In this document: positions 1-9,692 of the stretch, piece by piece
How positions within the stretch are numbered: position 1 is the stretch's first letter
Layout of the letters: the number at the start of each line of letters is the position of its first letter
Source of the DNA: an uncultured Pseudomonadales bacterium
GTDB taxonomy: Bacteria > Patescibacteriota > Microgenomatia > UBA1400 > UBA12028
Assembly (NCBI GenBank): GCA_964635905.1
Contig: CAZWPK010000003.1
Span: 2,459 to 66,458, forward strand
DNA: 64,000 nucleotides
Reading direction: 5' to 3'
Notes under the pieces: model-generated
What the model was told of the DNA's origin: nothing
Databases searched by the model: none
Seen by the model: only the letters and a program-made list of their open reading frames with translations
Position numbers and translations under genes: made by a program

Positions 1-1433
1 GAAACCAAGTTTGTTCCAGTGGTCCGCTGCTCAGAAGTAAGCTTGTAGGTCTCCTTATTTCCTCCATTTTCGATCCGCACGCCATAGGTCGCCTTTCCAT
101 TGTCTGCCATAAATGTAAATGGCTGCCCACTGGTCAAGAATTTATGGAGATTTAACTTGTAACTAAAAACTCCTTGTACAAGCTGCACTGTTTCTATTCC
201 TACTGCGCTTATGGATTGGGAGACGTTAGTGGGCTGAATGCTCAGTTCTAAAGCATTATTCACTGGCGCATTTGCAGAGCTAATCCGTACCCCACTTCGC
301 ACGCTTCCACTCCCCAAAACTCGGAATTTTGTCGAGAGATTGGTGTCATTAAAACCATCTACAAAGGCCACAGCAGAACATGTGCTAGAAAGTTGCGGAG
401 TGGGCTTTGGAGTTGTTGTAGGCGTCAATGGGCTGGTTGACACGGGTGTTGCTGTTACCGTTTTACACTCACAGGTCCCCTGTCCATTCTCCGTTAATCC
501 TCCACAACAAGCTGGTCGAGTTGGTTTTCCACCAACATAGAGTCTATTCACACCATCTCTGGTACAAATATTTTCCGGCTTACTTGCATCCCAACTACAT
601 TTGGCAACATAGGTACTAGTGACACAGCACGTATTATTGATGTTTGAACATGAGCCGTTTCCAGGCATCAATCCTGCCATTCCACAAGCATAGGAAGCGC
701 TTGAAGCTGGATCTTTGTATACACAAACACCTGAAGGACAGTTATTGGCGAGTGCAACAGGAGTTGCACTCGTTACTGGACATGCGGACACATTTGTTTC
801 ACAGCTTAATTTTCCATTACTGCATTTTAACTGTTGACCTGCGGTACAACCTCCTACAGCACAACCTAAAACAGCATTACTTTCGCGACAAAATACTCCG
901 GTTCCAGTATCACCCCAATAACATTGATCAACTCGACAGGAGGCTGATTGGGAAACACACCGAACAACACCATCATTAATATTGTCAGGGTAATATCCTT
1001 GTGAACATGCGCTAATTACTAAATTCTGCGATGAACACCTGTATGAATTGGGTGTTCCATTTTCAACCGAAATTACACCTGTTGGACAGGCTGGAACAGT
1101 ATTGGGATCCAGACATAGTCCTGGAGTCCCAAGTGTTGGATTTGCCGGTACATACACATATCCATTCGAACACACATAATAACCTCGAATTGGAGCTCCT
1201 GTTGCATCAGCAATTGTACATTCAACCGAGTTTAGGATTGCGGGGGTCCCAAAAATTCTGGCCCCTGCGGGACATGCACTTAGCACTGGAGTTTGTGCTC
1301 GCTGAATCAAGCTTTGATCTTGAGCAGCAGCAACGATTGATAATCCCACACCGACAAGAACAAAAAAGAACACAATCATTTTTGACCACAGCTGCTTTGG
1401 AGAATTTGAAAAACGAGAAGACTTTTTTCGCAT
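1..1433 (-). CDS. Cysteine-rich secreted/surface protein, partial (its 3' end lies beyond window position 1)
   Basis: I translated the minus strand by hand from the ATG at 1433 and it stays open with no stop down to position 1 (at least 477 aa). It starts MRKKSSRFSNSPKQLWSKMIVFFFVLVGVGLSIVAAAQ, a signal or anchor-like hydrophobic segment. About 34 Cys follow over ~300 aa (for example CPAGARIFG, YYVCSNGYVYV, CCGGLTENGQGTCEC). Then comes a Pro/Thr linker (TPVSTSPLTPTTTPKPTP) and a C-terminal domain that is not Cys-rich. The ORF track omits it because it has no stop inside the window. The overlapping plus-strand ORFs (238..1435) are low-complexity antisense artefacts. Confidence 0.55.
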   Translation of the reverse strand, partial: MRKKSSRFSNSPKQLWSKMIVFFFVLVGVGLSIVAAAQDQSLIQRAQTPVLSACPAGARIFGTPAILNSVECTIADATGAPIRGYYVCSNGYVYVPANPTLGTPGLCLDPNTVPACPTGVISVENGTPNSYRCSSQNLVISACSQGYYPDNINDGVVRCVSQSASCRVDQCYWGDTGTGVFCRESNAVLGCAVGGCTAGQQLKCSNGKLSCETNVSACPVTSATPVALANNCPSGVCVYKDPASSASYACGMAGLMPGNGSCSNINNTCCVTSTYVAKCSWDASKPENICTRDGVNRLYVGGKPTRPACCGGLTENGQGTCECKTVTATPVSTSPLTPTTTPKPTPQLSSTCSAVAFVDGFNDTNLSTKFRVLGSGSVRSGVRISSANAPVNNALELSIQPTNVSQSISAVGIETVQLVQGVFSYKLNLHKFLTSGQPFTFMADNGKATYGVRIENGGNKETYKLTSEQRTTGTNLV

Positions 1434-1516
1434 AGAAGTAACGAAATAGCGATACTACTTTTACAATGAGGGAATCAAATATCAAAATCAAGCAGGAGTC
1501 TGAATCATCAAGAGAA

Positions 1517-3850
1517 TTAGAGCTTGGCGCGAACTGCAGTTTCTTGCTCCACCAGATCTCTTGGCTTCCCATATTTCACTCGAGAAAGCTCTCGAATCAG
1601 TTCTGCCCGTTTCGGATCCATCATTTTACGCTCGGCGTCTACATCACGGGTGAGATTCATACTAAATGGTGGCACAGGTTCATTACTGACAATCGTTTTG
1701 ATATAGACGTGAAATTTCTCAATATTGGTCAAATCTGTCTCACTAAAGGTGGGAGCAAACTCATGCTGCAAAAAGTTTGCATCAGGCACACCTACGCGAA
1801 AGGTCACCATAGAACCTACGTTTCCAAATACTGCGTTTTTTACATTTTCTTCAATCTGTGCCACAAACTGATTAGCCACGATTAAATTCAGGCGATACTT
1901 TCGAGCCTCTGACAGAATAACTGCAAAGTCATCAGTGGCGTAATTCTGAAACTCATCAACGTAGAGGTAAAAGTCTCGTCGCTGTTCCATTGGCATATCT
2001 TGTCTGCTCATAGCTGCCGTTAAGATTTTAGGCACAAGAATCAAACCTAAAAACTTTGCATCCTCTTCTCCTAACTTCCCTTTAGAAAGATTGACCAACA
2101 AGATCTTCCCATTATCCATGACGTCGCGGAAATTAAAGGCGCTTTGGCTCTGTCCGATGATGTTTCGCATCACTTTATTGGTAATGAACTTTCCAAACTT
2201 ACTTACGATATAGTCCAAGACTTCTGATTTGTGAAAATCTGAGGTTTGCGCGATTTGATCGGTCCAATAGCGACGAACTACGGGATCTTTTACTTTAGGT
2301 AACAGCTCTTGCACATATTTTTGATCCGTTAAACAACGAACGAGTTCAATGAAGGTGGCCCCTGGCTCGGCCATAATCGTCAACATGGCATTACGGATAG
2401 CGTGTTCGAAACGAGGACCAATAATACCTGTCTTATGGGGGTCATAGAGCTTGTACATGAGCGCGATAATGGAACCTACCACAAAGTGCATTTGCTCTTC
2501 CGTCTCAGCTTCCATGATGTTCATTCCCATGGGTCGCTCTGTATCCGAAGGATTAAAGTAAATCACTTCTTCTGCACGTTCTGGAGGCATTAACTGCAAG
2601 ATGTCCTCCACAAGTTCACCATGCGGGTCCAATACAGCTAGACCTTTTCCTGCTCGAATATCTTGCATGATCATGTCTTTGAGAAATTCAGATTTCCCCG
2701 TACCGGTTTTTCCTACAATGTACATGTGACGTTGACGATCTTTTTCGGCGATGTAGATCTCTTTTTTCTGTCCTCGATACATACTGCTTCCCAAACGCAA
2801 ACCGCTAGTTGGAATGCTTGAAGGAGCTGGGGCGGACTTTGCCTTTAACCAGTTAATATGATGTGTCTCTACTGTCTTGTTGGGAAAGTGCAGCACCGTT
2901 GCTAGTTCCTCTGAGTTCAAAACAAAAGTGCCACGATTAAACAACGGCATGTAGCGATAAATGAAATCGATCATGAATAATTGTTTAAAGAGGATCGATC
3001 CCTTTTTAAATGAATTTGTCGGACTACTAAACTGTGCAAAGGCTCCAATAATGTTGTTTAGATGAGAATTAGCTCTTCGTGCATCGGTTGAATTAACAAC
3101 GATGCGAAGCGAGATCAAAAACCCTGGTTTTCCCGCTTTGGTATCAATGGCATCTAGCTTTTTGGGATCATGCGTATAACTTGCTTTTTCTGGATCTGAT
3201 TCTTTCTTTTTAGTGTTGGCAACGTAGCGTTCGCCCGCTGCCTGCCAGCTACTGCTGGCAGGCTGCAAACAGAATTGCATCACGGCCCCTTCACCATCAT
3301 CCATTTTCGATAATGCAGATGTAATTAAGGACAACCCGTCCGTTGGTAGATCCTTATAGACCTTGATCGGATAAAAGGTGGGACTTGCCAACGTTAACGA
3401 CGCAAAAGCAACTTTTCCTCCCGAAGAAAAAATATTGTATTCGTCGACTTCTTCAATTTCCGCAGATGGATACGCACCATAAATTTGTTTCTCGATTAGA
3501 TCTTTTAAATCCGCAGGGGTTGTGACATAAAAAGCAATATTTTCTTTTAGCGCTACAACTTCAAAAGTGAAATGCTCTTCTGATCGGAGTAAAGAGGTAA
3601 AACCTTCATTTTTTAAGCTATAGAGTGCCGCAAACATTTGCTCTGCAGCATCAATTTTGATTTCGTTGTCTTTAGGCAATAAAACTTTGAGCACTTTAAA
3701 TCCAAGCGAGTATTTCTCTCTGGTTCTAAAGCGAAGCCACTGTAACACCATGTATACCAAAATCGCCCCGAAAATTAAGGGGACTAACACCATCACCAAC
3801 AGTGTAGTGACAGAGGTTGCAGCTAGCGCGAGTTCGACTTCGGGTTGCAT
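1517..3850 (-). CDS. Type IV secretion coupling protein-like ATPase (VirD4/TraD/TraG family, FtsK-HerA superfamily)
   Basis: The 777-aa protein has N-terminal TM segments (TLLVMVLVPLIFGAILVYMVL). Walker A is YIVGKTGTGKSEF and Walker B is FYLYVDEFQNY. The T4CP-like region is EARKYRLNLIVANQFVAQIE. The ATG start was checked. Confidence 0.7.
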   Translation of the reverse strand: MQPEVELALAATSVTTLLVMVLVPLIFGAILVYMVLQWLRFRTREKYSLGFKVLKVLLPKDNEIKIDAAEQMFAALYSLKNEGFTSLLRSEEHFTFEVVALKENIAFYVTTPADLKDLIEKQIYGAYPSAEIEEVDEYNIFSSGGKVAFASLTLASPTFYPIKVYKDLPTDGLSLITSALSKMDDGEGAVMQFCLQPASSSWQAAGERYVANTKKKESDPEKASYTHDPKKLDAIDTKAGKPGFLISLRIVVNSTDARRANSHLNNIIGAFAQFSSPTNSFKKGSILFKQLFMIDFIYRYMPLFNRGTFVLNSEELATVLHFPNKTVETHHINWLKAKSAPAPSSIPTSGLRLGSSMYRGQKKEIYIAEKDRQRHMYIVGKTGTGKSEFLKDMIMQDIRAGKGLAVLDPHGELVEDILQLMPPERAEEVIYFNPSDTERPMGMNIMEAETEEQMHFVVGSIIALMYKLYDPHKTGIIGPRFEHAIRNAMLTIMAEPGATFIELVRCLTDQKYVQELLPKVKDPVVRRYWTDQIAQTSDFHKSEVLDYIVSKFGKFITNKVMRNIIGQSQSAFNFRDVMDNGKILLVNLSKGKLGEEDAKFLGLILVPKILTAAMSRQDMPMEQRRDFYLYVDEFQNYATDDFAVILSEARKYRLNLIVANQFVAQIEENVKNAVFGNVGSMVTFRVGVPDANFLQHEFAPTFSETDLTNIEKFHVYIKTIVSNEPVPPFSMNLTRDVDAERKMMDPKRAELIRELSRVKYGKPRDLVEQETAVRAKL

Positions 3851-3864
3851 ATCAAAAAGAACTG

Positions 3865-4434
3865 TTAATCCTTGCTATATTCTACTTGTCCACCCAACTT
3901 TTTCATCAGATATTTACACCATTCCGATAACCAGCGGACACTATCGTTTACGTTCTTTGACAGTCCCTTTTTCGCATCGGTTTCTCCTAAGGGAAGCACA
4001 TACACCGGTTGGGCGGCAGCAGGAGCAATTGTTGATGCAAGCGCATTGGGATCTGCGATTACAACTTCATCAAGTTTCCCTGGCTGCTCACCACGATTGA
4101 CTTTTTCCATCCAGCTCGCAACTTCTACGGGAATTGGTTCTGTTTCAAAGGAATCACTCCCTGCCATTTCTACAAAGCCAGCAACTTCAGAGGAAATGGG
4201 ACCAAGTTCTTTTCCGCGTGGTGACGAAATTGGAGTAGGTGTAGGAGTAACTGTCGCTGCAGCATCTAAGACTTGTTGGGCTAATGCCGGCGATGGGGCT
4301 ACTTGACTTGTTAAACCATCTGCCACTGGGACTGATGCGATGGTTTGTGCTGGCACCATCGGAGCTGGAACTGGTGAGACGCTCGTAGCGCTAGGTTGCA
4401 CTGGTACTTGGGCAGAAGGATCCATACGGTTCAT
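3865..4434 (-). CDS. Hypothetical protein, Pro/Ala/Val-rich N-terminal half
   Basis: This 189-aa ORF has its ATG at 4434. It lies immediately upstream of the T4CP-like gene, 14 nt away on the same strand. The N-terminus is low-complexity (PVQPSATSVSPVPAPMVPAQ) and the C-terminus is a more ordinary domain. Confidence 0.4.
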   Translation of the reverse strand: MNRMDPSAQVPVQPSATSVSPVPAPMVPAQTIASVPVADGLTSQVAPSPALAQQVLDAAATVTPTPTPISSPRGKELGPISSEVAGFVEMAGSDSFETEPIPVEVASWMEKVNRGEQPGKLDEVVIADPNALASTIAPAAAQPVYVLPLGETDAKKGLSKNVNDSVRWLSEWCKYLMKKLGGQVEYSKD

Positions 4435-4475
4435 GATAACATGAATGCCTTACCTAAGAACATGGAGCAGAATCT

Positions 4476-5129
4476 CTAATTTTGGTAGGCTTCTGCGTTA
4501 AAATTCCTCGTCACGACCTCTCGAACGTCCACAGGGACTCGAATTCCCATATACTCGAGAGCACTAGCGACAGCTTCTAAAGGTAGCCCAACAACATTAG
4601 AAATACTTCCCTCTACGCGTCTGACAAAGCGTTTGGCTCCTCCCTGGATTGCGTATGCCCCCGCTTTCCCAAATGATTCTCCTGTTGAAATGTATCGATC
4701 CAAATCTTCGTTGCCTAATTCAAAAAATTCTACCGTAGACTTCACTGCCTCGCTATATTGCTGCCCGGTTAAAGGGTCAAGAAGCATAAAGCCAGTTACC
4801 ACCATATGCTTTCGACCTGATAACTGACGCAGGATAGATCTTGCATCGTCTAAATCTTTTGGCTTGCCAAATACAGTATCGTCTAAAAACACTGCGGTAT
4901 CCGCACCAAGAATAATGGGTTGATCATTGGAAGTCTCTGCTAATTTATCAGCCACAGCGAATGTTTTCCCTGCGGCAATCGTTAAGACATAATCGGTTGG
5001 TTCGTCAAGTTCACCGAAAACCACGTCTTCCTCGGGAAAATCACTAGGCATCGTCTCGAAAGGAACACCTAAGAACTCTAACAGGTCTTTGCGACGCGGT
5101 GATGTTGACGCTAATAGGAGTGATCGCAT
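4476..5129 (-). CDS. maf: Maf-like nucleoside triphosphate pyrophosphatase
   Basis: The start MRSLLLASTSPRRKDLL and the GKAGAYAIQG motif are present. The ATG was checked. Confidence 0.85.
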   Translation of the reverse strand: MRSLLLASTSPRRKDLLEFLGVPFETMPSDFPEEDVVFGELDEPTDYVLTIAAGKTFAVADKLAETSNDQPIILGADTAVFLDDTVFGKPKDLDDARSILRQLSGRKHMVVTGFMLLDPLTGQQYSEAVKSTVEFFELGNEDLDRYISTGESFGKAGAYAIQGGAKRFVRRVEGSISNVVGLPLEAVASALEYMGIRVPVDVREVVTRNFNAEAYQN

Positions 5130-5185
5130 CCGAATATCCTACCATATGCTCCTAAACCTAGACGTAACACTACTTTATTTGTAGG

Positions 5186-6589
5186 ATGAATAAACACATG
5201 CGCAACCACCCAAAAAGTAATCACTTACTTTTTCAACTTCTTCCGGTTTTCTTCTTAGTGATCGTCTTAATACTTAGCATTTCAAATATATCTTCAATTC
5301 GGCAGTTTTTAATTGGGGCGCTGGGTGAAGAAGCTAATATTCAGATTCTCACAGCAACCGATATGGGAACGCTGGAAAAACCTTGGAACAACTTTGCTCA
5401 AGGCGGAGAACGGAAAGACTGGAGTATCATCCCCATACGCAGTTCGGTTCGAGCACTTTCTCCTAATTACATTCGCATTGACCACCTTTATGATTTTTAT
5501 GACATCGTCAACAAGAATGGTTCCACACTAACGTTCGATTTTTCTAAACTCGATGTCATGCTGCAAGAAATCCAGTCTGTGTCCGCAACTCCGTATCTTT
5601 CCTTATCCTATACGCCTCCAGCGCTGGCTCCCAATGGGGATATCACCGCTCCACCCGATTGGAACGAATGGAAAATTGTTGTTCAAAAGACCATTGAGCA
5701 TGTGAGCGGAACTCGAGGAATCTCGAATGTTTATTATGAGGTATGGAATGAACCAGATTTGTTTGGGAATTATAAAACGTACGGCGACAGAAATTATTTA
5801 TCCATGTATAAAGCAGCAGCACAAGGTGCACAAAACGCACGAGTGTCGACACCGTTTAAAATCGGTGGTCCTGCTTCAACCGCGCTCTACAAAAATTGGT
5901 TCGATGCCCTCCTCCAATTATCAATTGAAGAAGAACTCCCGCTCGATTTTTTCTCGTGGCATCGCTATAGCAGAGACATTAATCAATACCGTGACGATGT
6001 CAGCAAAGTGCAAGAATGGCTGACAAACTATCCGCAACGATCTTCATTGGAACTTCATCTATCTGAGTGGGGACATGATTCAAATATTGATTCCGGATAT
6101 GACACCACTTTTGGGGCAATTCATACGATGGCCGTCGCTACGGAATTAATTGGAATGGTGGATAAAGCATTCGTCTTTGAAATTCAGGACGGTAACCATC
6201 CTGAAGGAAAGATTCGCTGGGGACGGTGGGGACTACTAGACTCGTCAGGCCAGCCTAAACCTCGCTATGCCGCCATGAATTTTCTAAATAGGTTAGAAGG
6301 AAATCGAGTTCCCCTCTTGGGGAAAGGAAGTTGGGTTAAAGGGGCTGCGAGTCGAAACGGCGACACCATCAACGCGCTGATTATCAATTATGACGCGAAT
6401 GCAGCACACTTTGAATCGGTTCCAATAACCTGGAGAGATATTGTGCCAGGGAGCTATGTTATTGAACAACAGTTTTTTGGCGGTTCTCTGAGTCGAACGA
6501 CGGTTTCCACAACCTCAGCGCAGCTACAAACCGTCATTCCTATGCCAGTCAACAGTGCCGTCTTTTTGCGTCTAACTCCTCAACGATAA
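5186..6589 (+). CDS. Membrane-anchored glycoside hydrolase, clan GH-A (GH39/GH5-like)
   Basis: The protein has an N-terminal TM segment and a YYEVWNEPDL motif, the catalytic acid/base NEP of clan GH-A. It is 467 aa. Confidence 0.55.
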   Translation: MNKHMRNHPKSNHLLFQLLPVFFLVIVLILSISNISSIRQFLIGALGEEANIQILTATDMGTLEKPWNNFAQGGERKDWSIIPIRSSVRALSPNYIRIDHLYDFYDIVNKNGSTLTFDFSKLDVMLQEIQSVSATPYLSLSYTPPALAPNGDITAPPDWNEWKIVVQKTIEHVSGTRGISNVYYEVWNEPDLFGNYKTYGDRNYLSMYKAAAQGAQNARVSTPFKIGGPASTALYKNWFDALLQLSIEEELPLDFFSWHRYSRDINQYRDDVSKVQEWLTNYPQRSSLELHLSEWGHDSNIDSGYDTTFGAIHTMAVATELIGMVDKAFVFEIQDGNHPEGKIRWGRWGLLDSSGQPKPRYAAMNFLNRLEGNRVPLLGKGSWVKGAASRNGDTINALIINYDANAAHFESVPITWRDIVPGSYVIEQQFFGGSLSRTTVSTTSAQLQTVIPMPVNSAVFLRLTPQR

Positions 6590-7170
6590 TTTGCTTTATT
6601 TTTTCCTTCTTTTTTTGAAGTCCCCGTGTTCAACACGCCTTCGATATCTCCAACAAACGCGCGGATCACTGATCGATCCGCACGAGCGAGCTGCCGCTGA
6701 ATGCTTATTTCTAACTCAGCGGGATTCACTTTTTCAAGCATGCGCTCCAACTCCTCGTCATTTTCTAGAATTCCCATTTTCTCTTGTACTTTAACCAACA
6801 TTTCCAATGTTTTGGTAATCTCTTGTTCCGCAATGATATTTAATCGAAGATGTAGTTCTTCTCGCAAGGTTGCGATTTGGGCTGCCCTGTTTTGGGAAAT
6901 TAATACAAAAATCGATAACATGATTGCCTCTAATGAAACAAACATTGTCAACAATCCAAACGGAAAGGGATCAAACACAGGGATTCCTGGAACTAGACCA
7001 ATATTAATCCCTACCCATACTGCAAAAAGAGCGATATTGAGGTATAAAAATCCTGGATTTCCCGTAAGAGAGGTTAAGTTGTCCGCAACAACCGTTGACC
7101 AGCTTCGATTCCGAAGCGACTTTGCTTCAAGTGCTTCAAAGATTTGGCGATGTGTATGAAGTGTAGACAT
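6580..7170 (-). CDS. DUF1003-family membrane protein
   Basis: The 196-aa protein has two TM helices followed by a coiled-coil tail. I recognised the DUF1003 pattern by eye. Confidence 0.5.
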   Translation of the reverse strand: MSTLHTHRQIFEALEAKSLRNRSWSTVVADNLTSLTGNPGFLYLNIALFAVWVGINIGLVPGIPVFDPFPFGLLTMFVSLEAIMLSIFVLISQNRAAQIATLREELHLRLNIIAEQEITKTLEMLVKVQEKMGILENDEELERMLEKVNPAELEISIQRQLARADRSVIRAFVGDIEGVLNTGTSKKEGKNKANYR

Positions 7171-7182
7171 AGTGATGTGTAC

Positions 7183-8289
7183 CTATTTTAAATTTTTTTC
7201 AATTAGTTTTTCGATGTTCTTTTTAAACCTCTCTTCGGAAAACTGACTTGCGTGTTTTTTGATTTGCTCATACTCCCACGTTTGTGATTTTTCAGCTTCA
7301 ATAGCCTTCCATAACCCGTCTTCGGATAAGTCTTCAAAAAGGATGCCTGTTCGATTGGAAATGACTGTCTCTATTGGTCCTCCGGAGTTGTGGGCTATTA
7401 CTGGTGTCCCTGCCATCATACTTTCTACGGGCACGATTCCAAAGTCTTCATCTTTAACCGGGTATAAAACAGCAATTGCTTCAGAATAGAGCGTTGATAA
7501 CGCTGCATCATTGACCGCACCTAGAAACTCCACCGTTGGTCCCGCAATTGCACGAAGCTTCGATTCCATCGCTCCAGTTCCCACGATTTTCAGTGGCAGT
7601 TGATGTGTAGTGGCCATCCGCACCACTAGTTCGGGATTTTTTGCGAATGCAAGTCGGTTGACATATAAATAATAGGATCTGATGACTTTCTTTGAAGGAG
7701 AAGAAGACAGTGACACTGGTGGATAGACGACTACAGCATCGCGCTTATAGAACTTCAAAATCCTTGACTGTGTTTCTTTAGAATTCGCAATCATCACATC
7801 GGGACGCTGCGCCGTAAGGTAATCAATCGAGCGTAACCGATAATTAATCATCTCTCCCACTAGTCGGATGAATGGATTCTTTTTCCAGTTGGTTTGTGTC
7901 GCATATCCATAGAGCGAACGCGGAGGGGTATGACAGTAACAGAGATGGAGTGTCCTCGGGCTCGTGATCACTGCTTTGGCCATATACATGTTTGTAGATG
8001 AAATCACCACATCAAAACCAGAAAAATCAAATGACTCAAAAAAGTAGGCAGCAAACAATCGCAGCGGTGAAAAAAGTTTTCTCATGAAGGGAAGACGCGC
8101 GCCACTACTTTCGATGATGTTCCAATCTTTGAAGCGTTGCCAGTGCTTTCCCATCGCCGTAGGGTCAACGAAGGCGGTATAGACTGGAGCGTCGGGAAAC
8201 AGTGCATGGAGTGACTCTACCACTCGTTCAGCACCACCATATTCTCTTAAATAGTCATGGACAATCGCGATCCGTAAAGGCTTCTCCAT
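7183..8289 (-). CDS. Glycosyltransferase family 4 (GT-B fold)
   Basis: The C-terminal motif EDFGIVPVESMMAGTPVIAHNSGGPIETV is typical GT4/GT1. The track start at 8322 is a GTG, and I re-placed it at the ATG at 8289 (MEKPLRIAIVHDYL). Confidence 0.8.
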   Translation of the reverse strand: MEKPLRIAIVHDYLREYGGAERVVESLHALFPDAPVYTAFVDPTAMGKHWQRFKDWNIIESSGARLPFMRKLFSPLRLFAAYFFESFDFSGFDVVISSTNMYMAKAVITSPRTLHLCYCHTPPRSLYGYATQTNWKKNPFIRLVGEMINYRLRSIDYLTAQRPDVMIANSKETQSRILKFYKRDAVVVYPPVSLSSSPSKKVIRSYYLYVNRLAFAKNPELVVRMATTHQLPLKIVGTGAMESKLRAIAGPTVEFLGAVNDAALSTLYSEAIAVLYPVKDEDFGIVPVESMMAGTPVIAHNSGGPIETVISNRTGILFEDLSEDGLWKAIEAEKSQTWEYEQIKKHASQFSEERFKKNIEKLIEKNLK

Positions 8290-8395
8290 GGCTTCATTGT
8301 ACCATCGTACGCGCCAAAGCACGTGTTAATACCCTAGCTTCTAGGCTCTGGATTATGTTTGTTATTTTCCCGGATACAACGTTAAAATAGACACC

Positions 8396-9682
8396 ATGCC
8401 ACAAACACAGCGACGGGTCGGGATCTATGCTTGGGGTGGTCCGGGGACAGTTCGCCTATTACAAACCAAATACCCTAACCCCAAGATTGATGACGCATCT
8501 TTTCTTCAGCTCTACGACTTAACAACGCTTTCGCAACTAAAAAAGCTTTTTGGCGTCACCGATGCGTGGGTTACCTATTCATGGGGTTTTTCCGAGGAAA
8601 AAGAACAAGAAGATTATTCTTTTTTACGAGACCGTCTACCAATTTTTAAACAACTTGGAATTAAAACGCATGCCTACGTTCAAGGTTTAAATGTCGTAAC
8701 ACAAGATTTTTGTGATCAGGATCTATTTTGCCGAGATGGCTGGGGTGCAATCGTGCCGTATAGCAAAGGACGCTCGTTTATCTGCCCGAATAATCCCGCG
8801 GTGCTTTCGTTACTACGCCACCGTGTAACACAAGCAAGTAAAGAAAACACCGACGGAGTCTTTGTTGATAATATCCTTTTTGGTCTCCCTCCCTTCACGG
8901 TGCATTCAGATATTTTGCCGTTTTTTGGATGCTCTTGTCGTCATTGCCAAAAAAAGTTTGAATCAGAATTTGGGTATCCTCTTCCTCTCAAGGAGAAACG
9001 CGACAATCAAATTTCAGATTATTTAGTTTTTCGAGAAAATAGTGTGTCACGACTTCTTGAGGCTTTGGCTGCTATTGTCCATAACCATCAAAAAGAGTTT
9101 GGCATCAATCTGTATGACCCCTACTTAAGAAATGACGTTCTCTTCTATGGGTATCGCTTAGAAGCGATACAACCTTTTCTTGACTACTTGTTAATCGAGA
9201 ATCATTCCTTACCCTCACAATCAAATCAGAACAATGCTCACTTGCTTCCCTTGATCTTGAATTCGAATAAACCCGTCTTTATCGTCTCCTATAAAAACGG
9301 GATTGGCTTTGAACGTCAATTCAGTCAGAACGATTTTAATGCGATTGCAAGTGAGAGTGATCAGTTAGGGTATCAGCCGTGTTATAAGGTCACCGAGTTC
9401 ACAACGAATGGGAAATGGCACACCCTCGATTGTCGCCAGATTAAAACAGTACAACCACAACGTCAAACAACTACCACAAAAGTGTCTTTACCACAGCGTC
9501 TTCAATGTAGTAAAAGGCGCGATCGAGCCCTGATTCAACTCGTACAAAAACATGTCAGCGCCGCCTCTAGTCTTATCCATGAAAAGAAATGGATTTGGGC
9601 AGTCGCATCAAGAACAGGCGTGTATAAAAATCAGCTTAAAAAAACCCGACTCTACACCCCTTTTCAGGGAGTGGAAAGATAG
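8396..9682 (+). CDS. Hypothetical protein (possible TIM-barrel glycoside-hydrolase-like)
   Basis: This 428-aa ORF has its ATG at 8396 and runs divergent to the GT4 gene. I saw no confident motif. The GHL-like assignment is a guess. Confidence 0.4.
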   Translation: MPQTQRRVGIYAWGGPGTVRLLQTKYPNPKIDDASFLQLYDLTTLSQLKKLFGVTDAWVTYSWGFSEEKEQEDYSFLRDRLPIFKQLGIKTHAYVQGLNVVTQDFCDQDLFCRDGWGAIVPYSKGRSFICPNNPAVLSLLRHRVTQASKENTDGVFVDNILFGLPPFTVHSDILPFFGCSCRHCQKKFESEFGYPLPLKEKRDNQISDYLVFRENSVSRLLEALAAIVHNHQKEFGINLYDPYLRNDVLFYGYRLEAIQPFLDYLLIENHSLPSQSNQNNAHLLPLILNSNKPVFIVSYKNGIGFERQFSQNDFNAIASESDQLGYQPCYKVTEFTTNGKWHTLDCRQIKTVQPQRQTTTTKVSLPQRLQCSKRRDRALIQLVQKHVSAASSLIHEKKWIWAVASRTGVYKNQLKKTRLYTPFQGVER

Positions 9683-9692
9683 TGACACGCTA

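Noticed and set aside
238-1435. Plus-strand ORFs at 238..540, 428..619, 644..979 and 1031..1435, and the minus-strand ORF at 1222..1572
   Set aside because: All overlap the long uninterrupted minus-strand frame from 1433 to 1 that encodes the Cys-rich protein. Their translations are low-complexity (His/Leu/Gln-rich), as expected for antisense or off-frame reads of a Cys/Gly/Thr-rich gene.
3657-4306. Plus-strand ORFs at 3657..4100 and 3872..4306
   Set aside because: They are antisense to the hypothetical gene at 3865..4434 and to the T4CP gene start, with no RBS or conserved motif. They are probably spurious.
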